A stretch of 64,000 nucleotides of DNA from Spirochaetota bacterium (GTDB lineage: Bacteria; Spirochaetota; Spirochaetia; Treponematales; UBA12059), in NCBI GenBank assembly GCA_031402655.1, contig JANNSO010000031.1, positions 14,860 to 78,859 on the forward strand. Reading direction: 5' to 3'. A program made the position numbers and the translations under genes. The notes beneath the pieces are model-generated. The model was not told the DNA's origin, ran no database searches, and saw only the letters and a program-made list of their open reading frames with translations. Of the stretch, positions 62,901 through 64,000 are shown in pieces (position 1 is the first letter of the stretch; every line of letters starts with the position of its first letter).

Positions 62901-63085
62901 GCCAATTCCTTGGAAGCATCGTCGCGCATGGCTTCGGCGGCCGATGATTTCGCTTCCATGGCTGGCGGCGGGGGTACCTGCGGCGAAGGTGCCCGATCGG
63001 GAGACGCGGCGCATGAGCCGGCCAATGCGAGCAGCACGGCCAGCGCTGCCATGGCAATCAGAAGGAAATTACGCGTTCGTTTCAT
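59975..63085 (-). CDS. Large lipoprotein: VIT-like domain, vWA domain (MIDAS DxSxS), TPR-like region, C-terminal DUF2135 (YfaP-like) domain
   Basis: The lipobox-like signal is LLALAGSC. The VIT-like segment is TETTVRVIFDMIFENPGDKILSGTLMMSLP. The vWA segment is VFLLDTSYS. The C-terminus is DVDLHVLEPLGAEVYYSNP..GGKLHWDNTDGLGPELYE. Confidence 0.75.
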   Translation of the reverse strand: MKRTRNFLLIAMAALAVLLALAGSCAASPDRAPSPQVPPPPAMEAKSSAAEAMRDDASKELAAPSASSGARADLSSAEKKLDSDSSPEASIEAAKRLSESDDLTIQEPEMLSYINGPDLEKIPLLCLDETVIITETTVRVIFDMIFENPGDKILSGTLMMSLPKGASPSYLGIFAGAGPKKEAEALMPLKGMLPDALLGKNFDSRLDIYTLQGESGFGQVQEARVVDPVKGRETYEQVTRQRVDPALSEWSGGSSFSTKVYPIAAKSRKRVIFSYDRPLPYENGAAILPLPVPQKVSATSARMTVHILSPRLKDGAITASGNNIKAAADGSFGFGLDKAWKGAALFTAKPLNPGLAVLAGVSEELNATLARVRIVPAFADSGATLLNTGKAVFLLDTSYSAKAKISGMQLKLLRSVLENDASISEFSIIAFDVRSRDISGGFVKNQKSAREELFAKLETIWLEGATDFRSALAYLSAQGYDKTADSFFLLSDGQISWGTDSVPAMKKDFATLFDARWICYGFGEEAVNTALFNELGSKKGMTVQVNLSDDIKKAALAHRSRAIAIESVSATMQEDILVSGAQKSLAPGQSIELALKAGKNQKSAEITIILSGKKYNYTVPLDVDPRTSFLACRAWADIYSTGLLAFEDTGADRAALALSQAFSLSNRAASFLILESEAEYTAYNIEPQWLSWREVAKGMSGKLSAGHRGDLDTSAIPPAKLAFAESLKSIKKGSYWMVGNPAKTAESGTFLFTTPAEKRENDWPISIYRQALAMKESKAPDASARALRTITTIAETKSQDEVSLRIAGFTLFSWGFYDDARELFARIRERRPFEAQGYMLEAVAMQAEGNYSGAATLYELILSKPWQRLDGYSKTAVKYLYLDLLTDIDRQKPGGAIAESVKKRLAELNVKDKGNGRIILFWNLDNTDVDLHVLEPLGAEVYYSNPTSLSGGKLHWDNTDGLGPELYEHRNPKDFIASVNYFGSSSVEGAPPSSTFVLSFLRSENSGDWQTGFFTTILEKPSSGKLAIVPGKWGIK

Positions 63086-63199
63086 GATTACTCCTTGTCG
63101 CTAAAAAATCCCTGGAAAGGAATCAGCTTTTGGAACTCTTTTATATCCAGTAGAGTCTAGATTAATCGGCGCCACCTGTCAAATTCCGGGGGTTCTTGC

Positions 63200-63227
63200 T
63201 TGACAGGTTTCGCGAAGGTGTTATTAT
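63200..63227 (+). promoter_or_regulatory. Candidate sigma70-type promoter (TTGACA-N16-TATTAT)
   Basis: The sequence is ttgaca ggtttcgcgaaggtgt tattat, about 55 nt upstream of the ATG at 63282. The -35 element is half of a 9-bp inverted repeat. Confidence 0.35.
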
Positions 63228-63281
63228 TGTTTGGCGCGGTTTTACAAGGCGACACGAATCCCTATAGAGAGGTTGTTTTAG

Positions 63282-64000
63282 ATGGCTTTGAAATTTTCGA
63301 TACCCCTGGTTGTCTGCTCGTTGATAGGCATACTCCTTGCCGCCCTTGGGCATCACATTCTATCGCTTGCCTGGCTCCTTCTCTCCACCATGGTGCTGCT
63401 TTCTCTGGCGGATGACGGCAAGCCGAGCACCAAAAATAAAATTACCAGCGTCCTGGGCCTCGTAGGCGTTTTTATATTCGTTTCGAGATTCGGTCTCCCG
63501 GCCAGCCATGAAGGAAATGTATGGGAAACATTCATGGCTCTGGCGAGCGCCGTCCACCTGGATATTTTTGTATTCCTTGCCGGGCTTTACCTGGTGGTAA
63601 ATACATTCGCCTATTCCGGATTCATCGGCGACCTTGCCTGGAGGATCGTAAAGCACGCCGAGGGCAAGCTGGGGAGGATCATGGTATCGATCATGCTCCT
63701 TACCTGCCTGCTTTCCGGAATTTTCGACGGTGCGACCATAACCACGATAATGGGTATCATAACCCTGACCATCCTGCTTTCAAGCGGAATGCGCTCGGTG
63801 CATATCGTGCAAATACTGCTACTGCTCGTGGTAGCCACGAATATCGGCGGCGTCTGGTTTGTTCTGGGAGAGCCCACGAACATACTCGCCGCGGCGAAGC
63901 TCGGCCTTTCTCCGCTTTTTTTCATCAAGTATGCGACGCTTTTCGCGATTCCCGCCGCTGCTTTGTGCGCAATTGCCGCATGGCGCATAGTTAAGCATTA
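63282..64000 (+). CDS. Polytopic membrane permease, ion-transporter superfamily (ArsB/NhaD/CitMHS-like); partial, runs off the window
   Basis: Not in the ORF track because no stop lies in the window. My own translation from the ATG at 63282 is MALKFSIPLVVCSLIGILLAALGHH...LLLLVVATNIGGVWFVLGEPTNILAAAKLGLSPLFF.... The frame is open to the end of the window and strongly hydrophobic. Confidence 0.7.
   Translation, partial: MALKFSIPLVVCSLIGILLAALGHHILSLAWLLLSTMVLLSLADDGKPSTKNKITSVLGLVGVFIFVSRFGLPASHEGNVWETFMALASAVHLDIFVFLAGLYLVVNTFAYSGFIGDLAWRIVKHAEGKLGRIMVSIMLLTCLLSGIFDGATITTIMGIITLTILLSSGMRSVHIVQILLLLVVATNIGGVWFVLGEPTNILAAAKLGLSPLFFIKYATLFAIPAAALCAIAAWRIVKH

Noticed and set aside
63521-63994. 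157-aa plus-strand ORF and the 125-aa/98-aa minus-strand ORFs at the right edge
   Set aside because: A different plus-strand frame starting at 63282 gives a continuous, strongly hydrophobic permease-like protein that stays open to the window end. The listed ORFs are Arg-rich alternatives.
1-64000. Canonical defence islands, CRISPR-Cas, toxin-antitoxin pairs, IS elements, rRNA/tRNA genes
   Set aside because: I recognised none on either strand. Every ORF over 100 aa outside the annotated set is an overlapping alternative-frame or antisense ORF with biased composition.

Overview
Moderately GC-rich, gene-dense chromosomal segment with about 55 protein-coding genes. I found no rRNA, tRNA, CRISPR array, IS element or prophage by eye. 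The gene content points to a spirochaete of the Treponema/Spirochaeta type: a PnrA/TmpC-type BMP transporter, a V-type ATPase, Maf/DUF115 genes, many lipoproteins with relaxed lipoboxes, and signal peptides ending in ..FAQ. This taxonomic call is inference only. Left to right: a BMP-family ABC transporter (6-4517); Rrf2-nifS-nifU Fe-S assembly genes plus a cluster-less MutY-like glycosylase (4581-7648); a D-Ala-D-Ala carboxypeptidase and asnS; a caspase-like lipoprotein coupled to a small putative OM barrel; an SH3-like lipoprotein and a DUF445 protein; a minus-strand operon of barrel, propeller lipoprotein, RarA-fusion, RimK-like ligase and folC; an HExxH lipoprotein; a minus-strand operon of acidic protein, GGDEF-like protein and two Maf/DUF115 proteins; an FtsB-like protein; PBP1A followed by an orphan ParB-like protein; cca, trmB, hisS and coaX; a 490-bp repeat-rich intergenic region; a radical SAM/SPASM enzyme plus a zinc-ribbon membrane protein; an MCP; a five-gene locus ending in a CHASE2 class III cyclase; a nine-gene V-type ATPase operon extended by Usp and EIIA(Ntr) genes; a giant VIT-vWA-DUF2135 lipoprotein; and a partial permease that runs off the window. 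The most system-like unexplained loci are the FecR / OM barrel / CHASE2 cyclase cluster, the acidic / GGDEF-like / Maf operon, and the overlapping folC / RimK-like pair. Two families of dispersed structured repeats and one homopolymer tract are visible directly in the DNA. All functional calls rest on motif recognition in the supplied translations. No database search was run.
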